Assembly: GCF_032191835.1 (NCBI RefSeq)
Contig: NC_083229.1
Location: 86,180,001 to 86,244,000 of the forward strand
DNA: 64,000 nt
Direction of reading: 5' to 3'
Origin: Heteronotia binoei
Lineage: Eukaryota
The notes under the pieces: model-generated
What the model saw: the letters and a program-made list of their open reading frames with translations, nothing else
Databases searched by the model: none
What the model was told of the DNA's origin: nothing
Translations under genes and position numbers: made by a program
Part shown: positions 1 through 13,579 of the stretch, in pieces
Layout: the number at the start of each line of letters is the position of its first letter
Numbering within the stretch: the first letter of the stretch is position 1

Positions 1-444
1 ATCTAATCAAATACCTGAGCTCAAAGTACCACACAAGTACTTAGACTTTGCTTTTTATTAATTGAGAATGAGTTTATATATTTAGTTGTAATCTTGCTTT
101 TCTTTAACTCAGTCAACTGTGCAATTGGTTTAATAACAACTAATTTAATTGTTCTAACTGTTTCATTTGTTTACCAGTTTGTACTCGTTATTGTTATTAG
201 TAAGCTTGCCATGTACATATACAGAAAAAGATCTTCCCTCTTAGGGGATCTGAAATTATGTGATGTAAGTGGTTTAAAATTCCATTTCATAGCTTTGAAT
301 GTAGCTTTAATATTAAAGCTTAATAAAGTTTATTTTGAAAAAAAACCTGAGCCAGATTTTTTGTGTATGTTAGTTTACTTATTTATATACTGCCTTTCTT
401 GCTGGGATTTAAGTGGATGACAAGATATACTAAGCAATGTAATT

Positions 445-722
445 AGAAAAAGAAGTAAACTGCAGATTTATACCCCGCCGTTCTCTCTGATTCAGAGACT
501 CAGAGCAGATTACAATCTCCTATATCTTCTCCCTCCACAACAGACACCCTGTGAGGTGGGTGGGGCTGAGAGGGCTCTCATAGCAATGTCCTTTCAAGGA
601 CAACTCCTAAGATAGCTATGGCTAACCCTAGGTCATTCCAGCAGGTGCAAGTGGAGGAGTGGGGAGTCAAACCCGGTTCTCCCAGATAAGAGTCTGCACA
701 CTTAACCACTACACCAAACTGG
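445..722 (-). mobile_element. tRNA-derived SINE (Squam3-like), full length
   Basis: Minus strand begins cagtttGGTGTAGTGGTTAAG (A box) ... GGTTTGACTCCCC (B box) and ends in a TTC-rich tail. Same family as 15711-15993, 24414-24700 and 35405-35720. Confidence 0.85.
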
Positions 723-1161
723 GTTAGGGTTAGGGTTACGAATAGCATAAAGCATCCAGTAAACAACGTAATAGGGTTAGAATTACAAAAGTTAAAAAAT
801 AATGCAAAAAGAAAAAAGTATCAGACATACAGTAAACGATACAGCAACTGGAATTGTAAAAATAGAAGACAGTACAGTAAAAGCAGGTATACAACAGAAT
901 ATTATAGTCTACAATCTTGTTCCTTTTATAAAGAAGTGTTCCTTTATACTAGAACCTGATTTCTTTTTAAAATGCCCTTCTAAACAATTTGGTTTTAGGT
1001 TTTTTTGTGAATGTTAGTTTACTTATCAATATGTGCATGTTCCTTGAGTCAAAATGTTTTGTGAGATATTAGGAAATTAGTAAACTGTACAAATTATATC
1101 TTTCCTTGCTTTTTGTCTAAGAAACAGACATTAATTACATCTCAGACAAATCAGTGCAGAA

Positions 1162-1680
1162 TAGGGTTGTCAATCCCCAGGTGGGGTCAGGGGATCCCCC
1201 GGTTTGGAGGCCCTCCCCCGCTTCAGGATAATCAGAAAGCAGCGGGGGGAGGTAAATGTCTGCTGGGCACTCTGTTGTTCCCTATGGAGATTGATTCCCA
1301 TAAGGTATCATGGAGAATTGATCGGTGGGTATTTGGGGCTCTGGAAGTCCTGTTTGTTGAGAAAGAGGCACTAAATTTGCCACATAGCATCCAGTGCCTC
1401 TCCCCAAAACACTCTAAGTTTCAAAAGGATTGGACCAGGGGATCCAATTCTATGAGCCCTAAAACAAGGTGTCCCTATCCATTATGTGCAATGGAGGGAA
1501 GGCATTTTAAAGGTGTGCAGTCTCTTTAAATGTGATGGCCAGATGTCCCTTTGGAGTTCAATTATGCTTGTCACAACCTTGCTCCTGACTCCACCTAATG
1601 TCTCCTGGCTCCACCCCAAAGTTTCCTGGTTCCACCCCCAAAGTCCCCAGATGTTTCTTGAACTGGACTTGGCAACCCTA
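1162..1680. mobile_element. Non-autonomous hAT DNA transposon (MITE)
   Basis: Terminal inverted repeats (TIRs) TAGGGTTGTCA...TGGCAACCCTA. Perfect 8-bp TSD GTGCAGAA at 1154-1161 and 1681-1688. Confidence 0.9.
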
Positions 1681-4600
1681 GTGCAGAATCATCCCAGGGT
1701 TCAATGTAAGGCTCCAGGGAGCTCTGCAGGGTATTACTCAGGGCAGCTCTTGAGCTCTGGAAGAAACAGAGCTGTGTACAGTCTATGAGCTTGTGTGACC
1801 AAATAGTGGGAAGGTCTCTGGCTAGAACCTGAACATAGAAAGAGTCCTTTATTTACTGTTTTCTTCCCAGCTCTGGTGACAATATGTAGGGGCTAGCACA
1901 ATGCAATTACAGGTATTTTGGATGGGTGGGGGAGGAACTTACACAAAGTATGTTTTCAGCTTAGTCAGGAGGGAGAATGTCCGTTTAGTTGGCCAGGCAA
2001 AAAGATTGCACAGATGTTTTGCTGGGACTATTTCCATGTGTTTTAACTGCATCTCCATTTTCTATCCTCATTATTTATTCTAAGTTTGCACAACACCCTC
2101 ATCAGCAGTGACCATTCTAAACCAAGTTGGAACCTTATTTTCCTTTTTTCTGAGTGGAATGCTTAAATTACAGGAAAACACAAGAAGTCTTTTAAAATAT
2201 GAGAAGAATCTTTCAACATGATAGGCCAGTCACATATTTTGTGTATATGATTGCAAACAGTTCAAACTCTGTGACCAGGAATAACTGCCTGGTCACAGCT
2301 ATTAATGATCAGGAAGAAGGTTGTAATATGCCAGCTTTACTTAACTATCATGCAAAGAACTAAGCATTGAGTAAAATTCTAGGGCTTTTCTTTTATTGCT
2401 TTCACCATCCTTCTTGCCGTTTCCCCAGACTTCCTTACTTTATTGTATTATTTTTAGTTTTTGGAAGTTGCTTGTCCTCAACTTCATTTTCTTTGCATCA
2501 AATCAAAGCTAGTCTTAGAGGGAATCATAATATGAAAGAATTCTCATTGAAAAATCAGAGTGTAGTGGGGAGGTGTTGATTATAATTCTGTATGTGCTTT
2601 CTCTTCTGAAGACTGAATAAATTAGAAATTGCTGTCACTGAAAGGACATATAGAATTTAATTTTTCCTTCTGTACCAAACAGCACATTAATGCCAGAAAA
2701 GGTAGATAATGTTCCAATCTGCTGAAGAAGGTCATGGGCTTGTGAGAATAATAATGCTTCCATAGTAGCCCTGAGGGATTTGTTTTCTCCCCAGCAGCAT
2801 GCTTGAGAGATAAAACAGCAGGATGCTACAGTGTCAGATCAAGGCAGAAGTCAGTGACATGTCCTGGGACAGTGGTGGGATTTAATTTTGCTCCTGAAAG
2901 GCATCTGACAACACTGCAGTAAAGAGAAGGCTGGAGTATAAACCTGCTTATATTTTGCGTGGATCAACAACATGTATTGTCAAGATGTCCCATAATTATG
3001 AAATTATTCTAATAACCATGCTTACATCATAACATCAAGGGAGGCTCCAGTTGTCAAATTTGTAACCAGTGGAAGCTATTCATTCCAGAGGGTTTCACAC
3101 ATTCATAAAATTATCTCTAGACCCATGAAAGCAGGTCTTTCTTTATTTCTTTGCCCTGAATTCTCAAGAATGAGTGGAATATCTACACATTTGCAATATC
3201 CACAAAGCATCCGTGGCTCTACAATGCGCTATTGACCCTGGCAGTATAAAAATCTTTTGTATTCTTTTAGTTGCTTATGACCATCTGTGTTCAAAGATAA
3301 TTGTTTTTATAACTGTAACTTGCTTGGTACTTAGAGTTCCTGATTGGGACTTACATTGCTGCTGGTGTGCTGGCCATGATTAGTTGTAGTTAGTCTCAGT
3401 TCCATCCCCACATTGTGGCATTTGAGAGGCAAAAAGTGTGTAGAGGTGCTCAAACAGCACCTTGGTCTCCCCTTTGAATTCAGTGGGAAAGTTTTCACTT
3501 AATCCATCTCTTTGACAATTGTAAAATTATGCCAGTGTTGAGAATTTGATTTTAGTGTTGTTCTGCAGTATTCCATACTTGGCCTGTATTTGTCCTTTGA
3601 AATGGCACTGTCATATTTGGGTAGGGTTCCACCATCATAACATAACACAGGCACCAAGCTATCACTTCACCAGCACAATCTACTTTACAAGTGTCTGAAA
3701 TGTCATCAAAGTTTGTATTCCTGGCCTTATAATACAAGTTCATCTTCATGATCTCTGTGCGGTTACACATCTGTGTTCTGTGCAAGCCTGCCTTGGAAAA
3801 AATTTCCATAGCTTCCCCTCTCAATGGATTTTCCCATCAGAACGGTCACATACAGAGGAGGGGTGAGAATTGAGTTTCCTCAGTACTCATTCTGCCACCG
3901 TAGAAAGAGGATCTTACAGCTTTTTATCTTCAATATATTATTTCTAAGGGCAGAGATTTTTAAAAATGATAGGCTAATTTTTCCTTATTTACTTTGGTAT
4001 GTGCCTGCTGTAGTCATTTGCTGCTCATATGCTATGATGGTATTTTAAAAATGTTTTTGACTGGCACAAAAATGATGCAAAATGATGACAATTCCAAGTG
4101 CTTTCTGTGCCTTAGGAAATAATGTATCTGTGTGTTCCATCTGAAAGCAGTTTACCCCAAAAGCTATAGATAATAGGATGTCTAGCCTCAAGGCAGCTTT
4201 TTCAGGGCTTTAGTGCCAACCAATGACTACTCTGAAAAGCACCATTCCACTCCCTTAGATTGTCATTCCCAGGAAAGGGCTGTTGTGCTTCTGATGCAGA
4301 AACTGAAGTCCAACCATTAAGATAAGGCTGATAGAAAAGCTTGTTTTTCTTCCATTACCCCTGCCTTACAGCCCATAGGATTCCGAATCACAGTTGACTT
4401 TGCATTTTCCTCCCACTTCTTCCCTATGTCTCCATGCTGCCAACTTTGAGAACGATGAAATTCGTCTGGAGTTTGAGGTTGAGATTGAACTGCTTTCCAG
4501 ATTTGACCATTGAAGTCTCCAAAAGCATCTAGCAATGGACTAACCTGAATTTTTGAGGAGTTGGCCAGCATCAGCCATTGTCAGGCTTAGAAGCACCACT

Positions 4601-4986
4601 GTCAAAACTCTGGTCATCATAGCTCTTCCAAATCTTCATTGGTACTGGTGAACTGCCCTCAGTCTCCTCTGCCCATGAGCATCAGTCTCGCCAGTGAAAA
4701 TTCTAACTGATTCCTTGATACTGAGATCTGTCTACTTCTCCCTGCAGGATCCCACCATTTGGTTCCTTGCCAGTGTTAGTTACCTCATAGTCACATGTGT
4801 CCAGTTCCAACATGCCACACTCTTGATGCCTCTGCTAGCAGCTTGCAAGAGCCTCATAGTTAGAGATCTTAAAAGATCTCTACTCCTCTTTATTGACAGG
4901 TGCAGAGTGATGAAATGTCTTTGGCTTATATGTGTAGTCTTTTACAGACTGCATATCAGCCTTTTATTTGGAAATTCATATCCTAC

Positions 4987-5412
4987 TATCCAGATTTATT
5001 CCTGGATGGTAAAAAGCAATTTGAGAAGGATATAGACAAGCTGGAAATTGTCCAGAGGAGGGCAATAAAGATGGTGAGGGGTCTGGAGACCTAGTCCTGT
5101 GTGGAAAGGTTGAAGAAGGTGGGTATGTTTAGCCTGGAGAGGAGATTATTAAGAAGTTGTATGATCACCATCTTCAAGTACTTGAAAGGCTGTCATATAG
5201 AGGATGATGCGGAGTTGTTTTCTGTTGCCCCAGAAGGTCAAACCAAAACTAATATGTTGAAATTAAATCAGCAGAGTTTTTGACTAAACATTAGGAAGAT
5301 CCTCCTGACAGTTAAGGTGGTTCCTCAGTGGAACAGGCTTCCCCACAAGGTGATGGGCTCTCATTCTTTGAAGGTTTTTAAGTAGAGGCTAGATTGCCAC
5401 CTGAAGGCATTG
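4987..5412 (+). mobile_element. CR1 LINE 3' fragment
   Basis: Decayed C-terminal RT peptides FEKDIDKLEIVQRRAIKMVRGLE and MFSLERRLLRSCMITIFKYLKGCH, typical of the CR1 ORF2 end. Confidence 0.85.
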
Positions 5413-5661
5413 CTGATTCTGTCAGTTAGGCAGATCATGAGATTGTTTCAGTTGAAGAACCATTGAGACTGGATTATATCAGGGAATCCAACTGAACCTC
5501 TTCCCTTGCCGAAACCAGTTAAGATATGTTCCCCTCTATGAATCAGAACTGGACCTCAATCTAAAATTTCATGGTTACTTTGAACCTGAATCGGAACCTG
5601 ATCATTCCCCCTCCCCCACCAGCCCCATTTAAGGTCAAGGAAGGCAAAAGGCTGTGCTCAT

Positions 5662-5688
5662 CAAACAAACAAACAAACAAACAAAAAA
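5662..5688. repeat. (AAAC)n microsatellite
   Basis: About 5 AAAC units followed by an A run. Confidence 0.85.
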
Positions 5689-6399
5689 GAGCTTTCTGAA
5701 CTTTTTTTTGTGTTGATTATCTGAATTATAAAGCACTTACACAGCATATTGGTAGTTCTGATTAAATTCTTAAAGTGTAGAATGGAAAATATTGTTCTAA
5801 AAGTGCTTGCATATGTAGGCACATGTGGTAGGATTTACATGATGCACATTGGGATGTGAATTGCTTATTCCAGCCTCTTGTAGGCAAACTAACTTTCAGT
5901 ATGCAAAACTAGCAATTTTAGATAGAGGTTTAAAACATATAATGATATGATTGCTTTTTGATCCTTTTATATATTAGACAAGTGGGAGAGCTTATTGCCT
6001 CTTCCCCTTCTCTTAAAGCCCCCATAGCCTCCCTGTTTCCTGTTTCCTTCTCTCCTTCCCACGCAATAGTCAACCTACCTTCCTGGTCTAGGTCTTCAGT
6101 TTTCTCTTCTTCATTTCCCTGGTAGTCTCTCCTTAGAAAACCTCTGCCTGAGTTGTACAGTTACGACTGCTGGGCTGCATCCAGTTGCACTGTGAGGAAC
6201 CCACAATAACTTGAAAATATCACTTTCTTCTGTATCATCCTTCTTATTTTTCCCTTTTCCCCTCCTCCTGGCATCCTCTGATATTTTTGTCTGGCTTTCC
6301 TTCCCACCACCAATGAAACCTTTTTTCTGCTATATTTATTAAATAACAGAATGTACAGAAAATAACATAATATGCTTTTAATAAACAGAAAAAATAACA

Positions 6400-7010
6400 A
6401 TGAACTTTTAATTTAAAAAACCCCAATAAGATAATTGCCTATATATGTAACAGGATGAAATGAAGATTTATATGATGATAATTATAAAAAAATTTGGGTG
6501 AACATTACGGAAGATTTACAAAGATGGGAAAGAATGAACATTTAGTGGTTAGAAAGAATTTCTGCTGTTAATATTAACACATTTCCAAAGTTGACTTTTT
6601 GGGTTCAGATATTTCCAATCTATATAGATGAAAATATTTTAATGGTAAGAAAAGATAAGTAACTTTGTATGGAGCAGGAAGAAGACAAGAATAGGATTTA
6701 AAATATTTCGGGAAGGGGGGAAAAAGGAGATTTAGCTGTACCAAACATCAAATTGTATTGCCAAACAGCCGCACAAGTCCGTTTGTCAGATTGAATTATA
6801 AATCCAAATGGAACATTAAACTGGAAACAACTGATACTAAAGAAGAAATTCACACTTAATAACTATTCAAAGATGGCACTGACAATCTGAGGAATGGACT
6901 ACTAAGAATATGGTTTCACTGTAGAAATAAAATAAATCCACTTCACCATTAATATCCCCAACATATCTTTATTGTAATATCATTATAAGAAGCAAAAATT
7001 GATTATACAA
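6400..7010 (+). mobile_element. L1/Tx1-like LINE ORF2 remnant; probably continues at about 8340-8600 after an RTE-X-like insertion
   Basis: Decayed peptide GDLAVPNIKLYCQTAA at about 6727-6775 matches the GGLxLPNLKLYY motif downstream of L1/Tx1 RT. AT-rich. Confidence 0.6.
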
Positions 7011-7014
7011 ATTC

Positions 7015-8335
7015 AATCCAATCACACCTTTATTGGCATAACGAAAAGAGATATACAGGGACTTGTCAACCAAACAACTATCAGATATGTCTTTTCAAAG
7101 CATAAAAGGCTAAACTAAGATTAAGATCACAATAAAACCTGCTTAGAATAATTTTTAACAATTTCAGCCAAGAATTTGGCAGCAGCTTTTGTGATATCGA
7201 TTATGTTGTCATTTAATAGGAAACGGCAATCAATCCTATTTTCTTGAATGTAGGACAGTAAGGAAAGACTAACACAACCTTCCGGAGATTAGTATACAGT
7301 TGGCAGGTCGACTGTATGCTGGATGGAATCCGGCAAGCTTGACACACATAGACAACATCTCTCGCTAAAGGGGACTTGAAGAAATCTCCCATAGAGAACA
7401 TTGGAGGGAAATGCATTCATCCTAGCCAGCATAAAAGCTCTCTGATGTTGCGGATTATCTAGTTCAGATAAATATTTGGCCATTTTCCTGGCCATCTGAT
7501 CAAGTCCAAGTGAGGCAGGAGAGCAAGTATAAAATTGGACAGGACACAGTTTATGAGATTGTAGATCTAAGATTCTCTGTTTGATAAATCTAAAATTATA
7601 AGATTCATCAGATAAAAATAGATCGTCAATCGCAATTCCCTTGTGTTTGAGCTTCGACATGATTCCATCTTGCCAAGCAACATTATAAGGGTCTCTTTTT
7701 AGGTAGTTGAGCAAGCTAGCTGGTTCAGCCCTATATAATATCCGTAACCAATATTTAAAAGTTAGAGTCCAAGCTTTTGTTTCAATCAGAGATTGGCCTG
7801 TTTCTGAACAGATTACAAAATAAGGAACACAGTTGGAGATTCCTAAAAGTTGTCGCAGAAATGCAGCCTGGATATTTTCTATTTTTTTGGTTCAGAGCAT
7901 TAATCCACAGAGGGATACCATACAAAATTTGTGATAGTGTTTTAGCATTAAAAACTCTGATTGCAGCAGCCAAACGTTAGTTACCTTTTTTATAATAAAA
8001 CTATTTGAGATGAACAACTAGCTATATTTATTCTGTCATGGTGAACTGCTCATTTGAGATTGTAATTAAAGGTTATGCCCAAATATTTAAAGCATTTGGA
8101 TTGCTCAATTTCCTGCTTGCCTATATACCATTTTTGTGGTCGCCAACTTTTAGAAAAGACCACAACCTTAGATTTGGAATAGTTTATAGCAAGTGTGTTA
8201 AACTGGCAGTAGTTGTTAAAACCTTTCAGGTAGCACTGCAGGCTGACTCTTGTGTAGGAAAGTATAGTTGTATCATCATACAATAATATTGGGACTGAGA
8301 GATCATTTAACTTTTACAAATTATAAATACAAATC
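7015..8335 (-). mobile_element. Non-LTR retrotransposon 3' fragment (RTE-X-like RT C-terminus)
   Basis: Minus-strand peptides YDDTTILS...INYSKSKVVVF...FKYLGITF, RVFNAKTLSQILYGIPLW and RAFMLARMNAFPSNVLYGRF...ERCCLC. Multiple stops. Clade assignment is tentative. Confidence 0.7.
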
Positions 8336-9837
8336 ATTTTACAAATTATGAATATATGATGAATAAACAAGGGAAAATAAAATCTTGGCAAGAAAGTCAA
8401 GATGAAATAAAAATATTCTGTGGTGGTTGTATTTGCAAATTATATCTAAATTCAAAGAACAAATAGCCAAAGAAGGGGGCTAATTAAGAGAGAAAAAAAC
8501 TTTTGAACAATTAATTACTGGAGACTCAGAGCACCTAGTATTGGATCTTGCATTTCTTTGGGATCAGAAAAACTATGGAAAGCATGCTCATTCCTTTCTA
8601 TACTTCAGCTTCCTCTTTTTCTATTTGTCTGTTGCTGGTAATCAGAAGCTTGTCTTTTGGATATGTTAGTGCATATTATGAAGCCTCTGGTTACTTTATC
8701 TAGAACCCTTCTATCCCTGGAAGGGCCCCTCCTAGTTATGGAAACAGTACCAGCATAATTCTTTGTGGGCTCTATGGAAGAAGAATTGAGTAGTTCATTT
8801 AGGAGTCCATTTGGATTTGTCTTAAAGCTAGTTTCACTGGAAATTAGACTATGTCTGCTAAAATCGGTGCTGCTGATACTACTGAGGCTGATGGTATGCA
8901 AAACAAGACAATTTATGAAAGTTCTGGGGGAAGACATGAGAAAGGGAATTCCAATAAAAATGGTTTTGTTTTCATTTCCATTGTCTCCTGCTAATACAAG
9001 CAGAACTGGTGAATAATTGTATAGAAGGATGAAAATGAAACCCTACAATAAAATTTGTTTATGGTAGGAACTCAGTTTGTTCTTGATTTTAAAATGTAAA
9101 AAAGTAGGAGGAAAAATTGTTAACAGCTTCTTCTCATGTATCAGTGGAAACTGAAAGCTAATTATTTTGTATGAGCAAAATAATTCCACTAGATATATTA
9201 AACAGTATTAATATAAGCTTGCCTATTGTTGTCATTTTCAAATCAGTGCCTTTTCTTTTTCTTGGCATGACCTCTGAGAATCATCTTACTGATTCATATT
9301 GCAAAGTGAAAGTATTAGAAAAAAATGAGGGAATACCATACATTAAAAACTAGCCTGGTATTCATTGTCTCTGACCTCTCTTAAAATTAGTGATATCTGG
9401 CAGTCTATCTGTTGAACTGATAATAAAGTGAAAGTAATATAAATGCCTTCCCCATTAAAGAGCATCTTTTAAACAAACAAACAAAAGTTAATGAGTTTTT
9501 TTTCCCTGCATCCTGAACAATAAAATTGCAAACTTCCCTACATTTTTGCTGATTTTCACCAACTTCAAAATTAGCTGTTGCTGTTGTTGGCTGTTAAGTA
9601 TGTTAATTTCATATTTTTTTTTTTTACAAAAGTAGTGTAGAATGGTGGTTGCAGTAGGATCTGGGAACTCTGGGTTACAGTGTGTGCTCTGCTGTGAAGG
9701 TCACTGTAATGCTCTATTAGCCTGACCTACCTCACAGAGTTGTTATAGGAATAAAATTTAGAGGAATACACCGCCATAAACTCCTTGGAGGAAGAGAAGG
9801 ATAAAAATGCATTGATACAAACCCTGCTTTCAGAGCT

Positions 9838-9995
9838 GTTCCTCCCAAGAGCAGTTCTTGGAGAACTCTCTCAGTTTCACCTACCTCACAGGGTGTCTGT
9901 TGTGGGGAGGGGAAAGGAAAAGAGATTGTAAGCTCCTCTGAGACTCCAAGTGAAGGGTGAGGTATAAATCCAATCTCCTCCTCCTCTTTCTTCTT
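9838..9995 (+). mobile_element. Squam3-like SINE 3' fragment
   Basis: cctacctcacagggtgtctgttgtgggg...gtataaatccaatctcctcctcc is the reverse complement of the 3' half of the minus-strand SINE copies. An older related fragment lies at about 9640-9790. Confidence 0.75.
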
Positions 9996-10134
9996 CCCAT
10001 CAATGGGAGGAAGGGGGGGTGGCTGAGGAAGGGGGGGGTCAGTGCAGTGAAATGAAAGTTTACCGGTAATTTTCCTCTGATGGCTTCTCTTTTGACAAAA
10101 TAAATGCACTCAAAATGAACATTATACTTCAGAT

Positions 10135-10954
10135 CAGGGGTGTCCGATTCATTTGTTAGGAGGGCTGGATCTGTCATAAATGGGATTTTGTGAAGCTGAA
10201 CCATGTGTGTCCTAAAATGGAGATATAGACTTTATTAAGGACACAGGCAAACACAATTAAAGATATTATTGTTAACTTAAAATACAAACATGCTTAAAAC
10301 TATTGTAATATTTTGTTTAAAATGGAAACATGGAGGAATAGTGGGATTTTGCAATGCAATTTTAAAAATAAAACATCAAAAAACACAAGGATCACAGCAG
10401 AAACTAAAAATATAAAATGCTCTCAGCCTGGGAAAACATGAAATGGCAGGGCATTGCAAGCCCTCCCCCCCCCCGGTCTACTCAGATTAGCAATAGCTCT
10501 CCAGTGTAATATCCCCCTTTGGCTGTGGGTCCCCAAGAGAGTACTTACTACGCACTAGTTCTCATGTCCATTGAGCAGAGACAAAGCTGGCTCAAAGCAT
10601 CAACGCTTGATTTGCAAGGACACAACTCCACAAAGCTTCAGCTAGCTATAGGAATGCTGGGAAGTTAAACTGAGCTCAACTCTATAGAAACACATCAACG
10701 TAGTTGCAAGGAAAACGTGGAGTGGATTTTCCATTCAGGTCTGCTGTGCCCTGAGGCCTAAATGGAAAATCCACTCCACATTTTCTTTGCAGCTTTGCTT
10801 TCTGCTTTAGCCTCTGTAAAGAGAAGGAAGAAGGAGCTAAGAATGTCGGCAGCCTCGAAGCTTCAAAGGGTGAGAACAGGAGGGGGGAGGGGGAAGAAGA
10901 GAGCCCTGCAGGCTTGATTGAAGCTGTGGTTGGGCCGGATGCTTGACACCCCTG
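10135..10954. mobile_element. Non-autonomous hAT DNA transposon
   Basis: TIRs CAGGGGTGTC...GACACCCCTG. 8-bp TSD CTTCAGAT / CTTTAGAT (7/8 match). An inverted-orientation fragment of the same family ends at about 28559. Confidence 0.85.
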
Positions 10955-11642
10955 CTTTAGATTATATTTTACATTCAATTCTTTTTCATATACTTTATAG
11001 ATATGAGCATTGTTGTCTAGAACCTGTGGTTCTATATACTAAAAACCAAAGAAAGGAAGGGGTAGAAGCTGAGTCATTCCATGTTACATAAATGTATGAT
11101 GGATTCTATTTTATTTCTAAAACAGACAAGTCTAATTGTATTTGTACTGGGTGGCAGTCATATTTAAATGAACCAGTCTGCATGTATTGTGTTACAAAAG
11201 AGATACATTTGAATTTTCTACCATACATTCAGAATCTGTGTTAATTTTGCCTTTAGTAGATGGATGCAACCAAGCATGTTCTGAAAATATTAAATGTAAT
11301 ATTTTTTCTATTAAAAATCCTTCAGCTTTCCCATCACTTTTTATTTTGTAGTGTTCAGGCAAAACTAAAACTATCTAATGCAAAATGGTGTTTGCTAAAT
11401 TGTACTACAATTATTCACATTTACAGGGCAGAAAGACAAAAGTCAAAATAATGTTTTAAATGTCACATTCGATTCAGCTTTAATAGAGACAATCAGTCAA
11501 AGTGAATGGGTTATAATGTTAGATTTTTAATGGAGCTTTCTTCCCTGAAGACTTATTAACTGATCTAATAGTGGTTCCTGAGTTACAAAACTTCTGAGTG
11601 CAGTGCTTGCATTTTTAGTATCAACTGTCAAGGCTGAATTTA

Positions 11643-12046
11643 GATCAAGATGGGTAGCTGTGTTTGTCTGTATTAGAAGAAGAATAAGAGTGCAGTAGCA
11701 CCTTAAGGACTAACACAATTTGTGGTAAAAGTATGAGCTTTCATGAGTCACTGCTCACTTCTTCAGATACAGCTAGAATGTGAGTCCATCTGTTATATTG
11801 GAAAGTGGAACAATTTCAGATGCTGTGAAGTTCAAAATGATGCATCCACCTGAATTGAATTGAGAGACCTAGGTTTTCTGTCTCATTACCAATGTTGATT
11901 TCTCTACCCCTGTTACTGCTCTGCATATCACACCTAATCCAATCACACCTTGCATTTTCATTTCCCTGCTAATGTCATTTGGCATCTAAAACCTACCACA
12001 AATTTTGTTAGTCTTTAAGATGCTACCGGAGTCTTACTCTTTTCTA
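11643..12046. mobile_element. Penelope-like element remnant: + strand 3' end preceded by an inverted copy of the terminal repeat
   Basis: Left end gtagcaccttaaggactaacacaatttgtggta is the inverse of the right end taccacaaattttgttagtctttaagatgctac. The interior encodes a GIY-YIG C-terminal remnant (…KFKMMHPPELN / DLGFLSHYQC). Confidence 0.75.
11731..11770 (-). ncRNA. Minimal type I hammerhead ribozyme motif (PLE-associated)
   Basis: GTAT-CTGAAGA-A-GTGAG(CAGTGA)CTCAT-GAAA-GCTC-ATAC. Helix I is GTAT/ATAC, the CUGANGA and GAAA core is intact, and the AGCT half-helix III is palindromic. Confidence 0.7.
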
Positions 12047-13579
12047 GGCTGAATTTGAAATCAAGTCTCCTAAGGTGTAACAATTCACCATAGTTACTGA
12101 AGTGGTCAGAAAGCTAAAGGCTCACGTAAAGCAGGTGTGAATAATGAATCTACTGGAGGCTTGCAGACCTCCCTTCATGGCCAACCTTGAACTCCTTGCT
12201 GAAATTAATCAGAATGGGGACAAATTACTTTGGCAGTGAGCCACAAGGGAGGTTTGGAACTCTTCATCAGCTTTTCAGCAGCCATTACTTAGAGGAACTG
12301 ACAGTTTAAACCACAATTTAATATTCAACTCAAGGTGTTGTATGTATTTAATGAAGTGCAGGGCAGTCTTTTGTCAGACGTGAATACTATTTACAAGAAC
12401 AGAGAAGCCACTGAATAAGAGGAAAACATTAAGAGGTTGCTAGTTTTTTAAAATCTTTAACCCTTGTGAATGTCTGATGCCTATTGTAGAGAAAATGTTT
12501 TTATAGTACATCCATACAACTTTATAATGCTAGACAGTGGGAGTGGCTTATAGTTCTAGCTATTGGTACTTCACTGCCACTGAAGGAGCAGTTTCATAGC
12601 TATTTCTGTATCTGCAGTTGGAATCTTAGATCATCTTGGCTGAATTAAAATGGCCAGTGAGCTGACATGGGGAATGGCCCATGTCCAGATTTAAATGGTG
12701 CATTCAAACACCCACATTTGGGTCCTGCCTTGCTCTTTGCCTTACCTCATCCTCCATCATCGCTCTGCTGCTTCAAAAAGCTATCAGGTAGTAAGCGGTA
12801 GCAATTCACTGAAGCATTTCCGAGGCACCTTTCCTGGCCATCTAAATGACTGGGGAGCACTAGGGAAGTGTGCTTGAGCGGTGTGACTGGTCCTCAAGGG
12901 TGCATCCAGCCTTTCCCTGTTCCAGCAGCAAGCTGCATGCTGTCTGACCACCCCTGGGGTGCTTCCACTATGCCAGTTTTCTCCTGTGATGGGAAGCTGC
13001 CACTCCAAGCTTCCCATATGTACCCATTCCCTAAGTGTCTTTGCTCTGCTTTGGTTGGTGTGCGAGCTGCTGCCTTTCCTAAACAGGGAGAACCTAATAA
13101 TTATCCATGCTTCTACATAAACTGTCCTTTGAAGACTGGTGTGAAACTTCATATGGTACAAAATGCCATACCAAAATTCCTGATGGGTGTCAATTGTCTC
13201 AGTGTAATAAATTTGAAGAGGGTGTTGTGAAAGCTACTTTGTGAGTGAAATATAATCCTTTAAGGTAAATTTTACCTTGAGGAGCGAATGGATGGCGTGT
13301 GCTTCTGGAATGGGAAGGATAAGTGACTGGTACCTTTTTTTTCTGTTGGAGGAGCTATTTGTATCATGCCAACAGTAGAGAGAGAATCCAGACCTCCATT
13401 TTCCCCACTACAGGTTCAATCCAAGTGGACTTCTACAGCTGGAAGAATGAGCAGCTGGTTCTATGGTGGCAGAAGATGACATGTTGTTCTCATCCAGCTC
13501 CTTCTCTCCTTGCCCAGTGGCAAGACCTGGGCTGTACTCAAGAGAGAAAAGAGTAGAGGGTGTGCTTTGTGCTTTCTTG

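Noticed and set aside
445-722. tRNA gene calls at the SINE heads (also 15993, 24700, 35720)
   Set aside because: A and B boxes are present, but they are followed by a SINE body and tail in multiple dispersed copies, with no complete cloverleaf.
4317-4980. GDFN motif suggesting a LINE endonuclease on the minus strand
   Set aside because: It is a single short motif with no other APE motifs recognisable, too weak to call.
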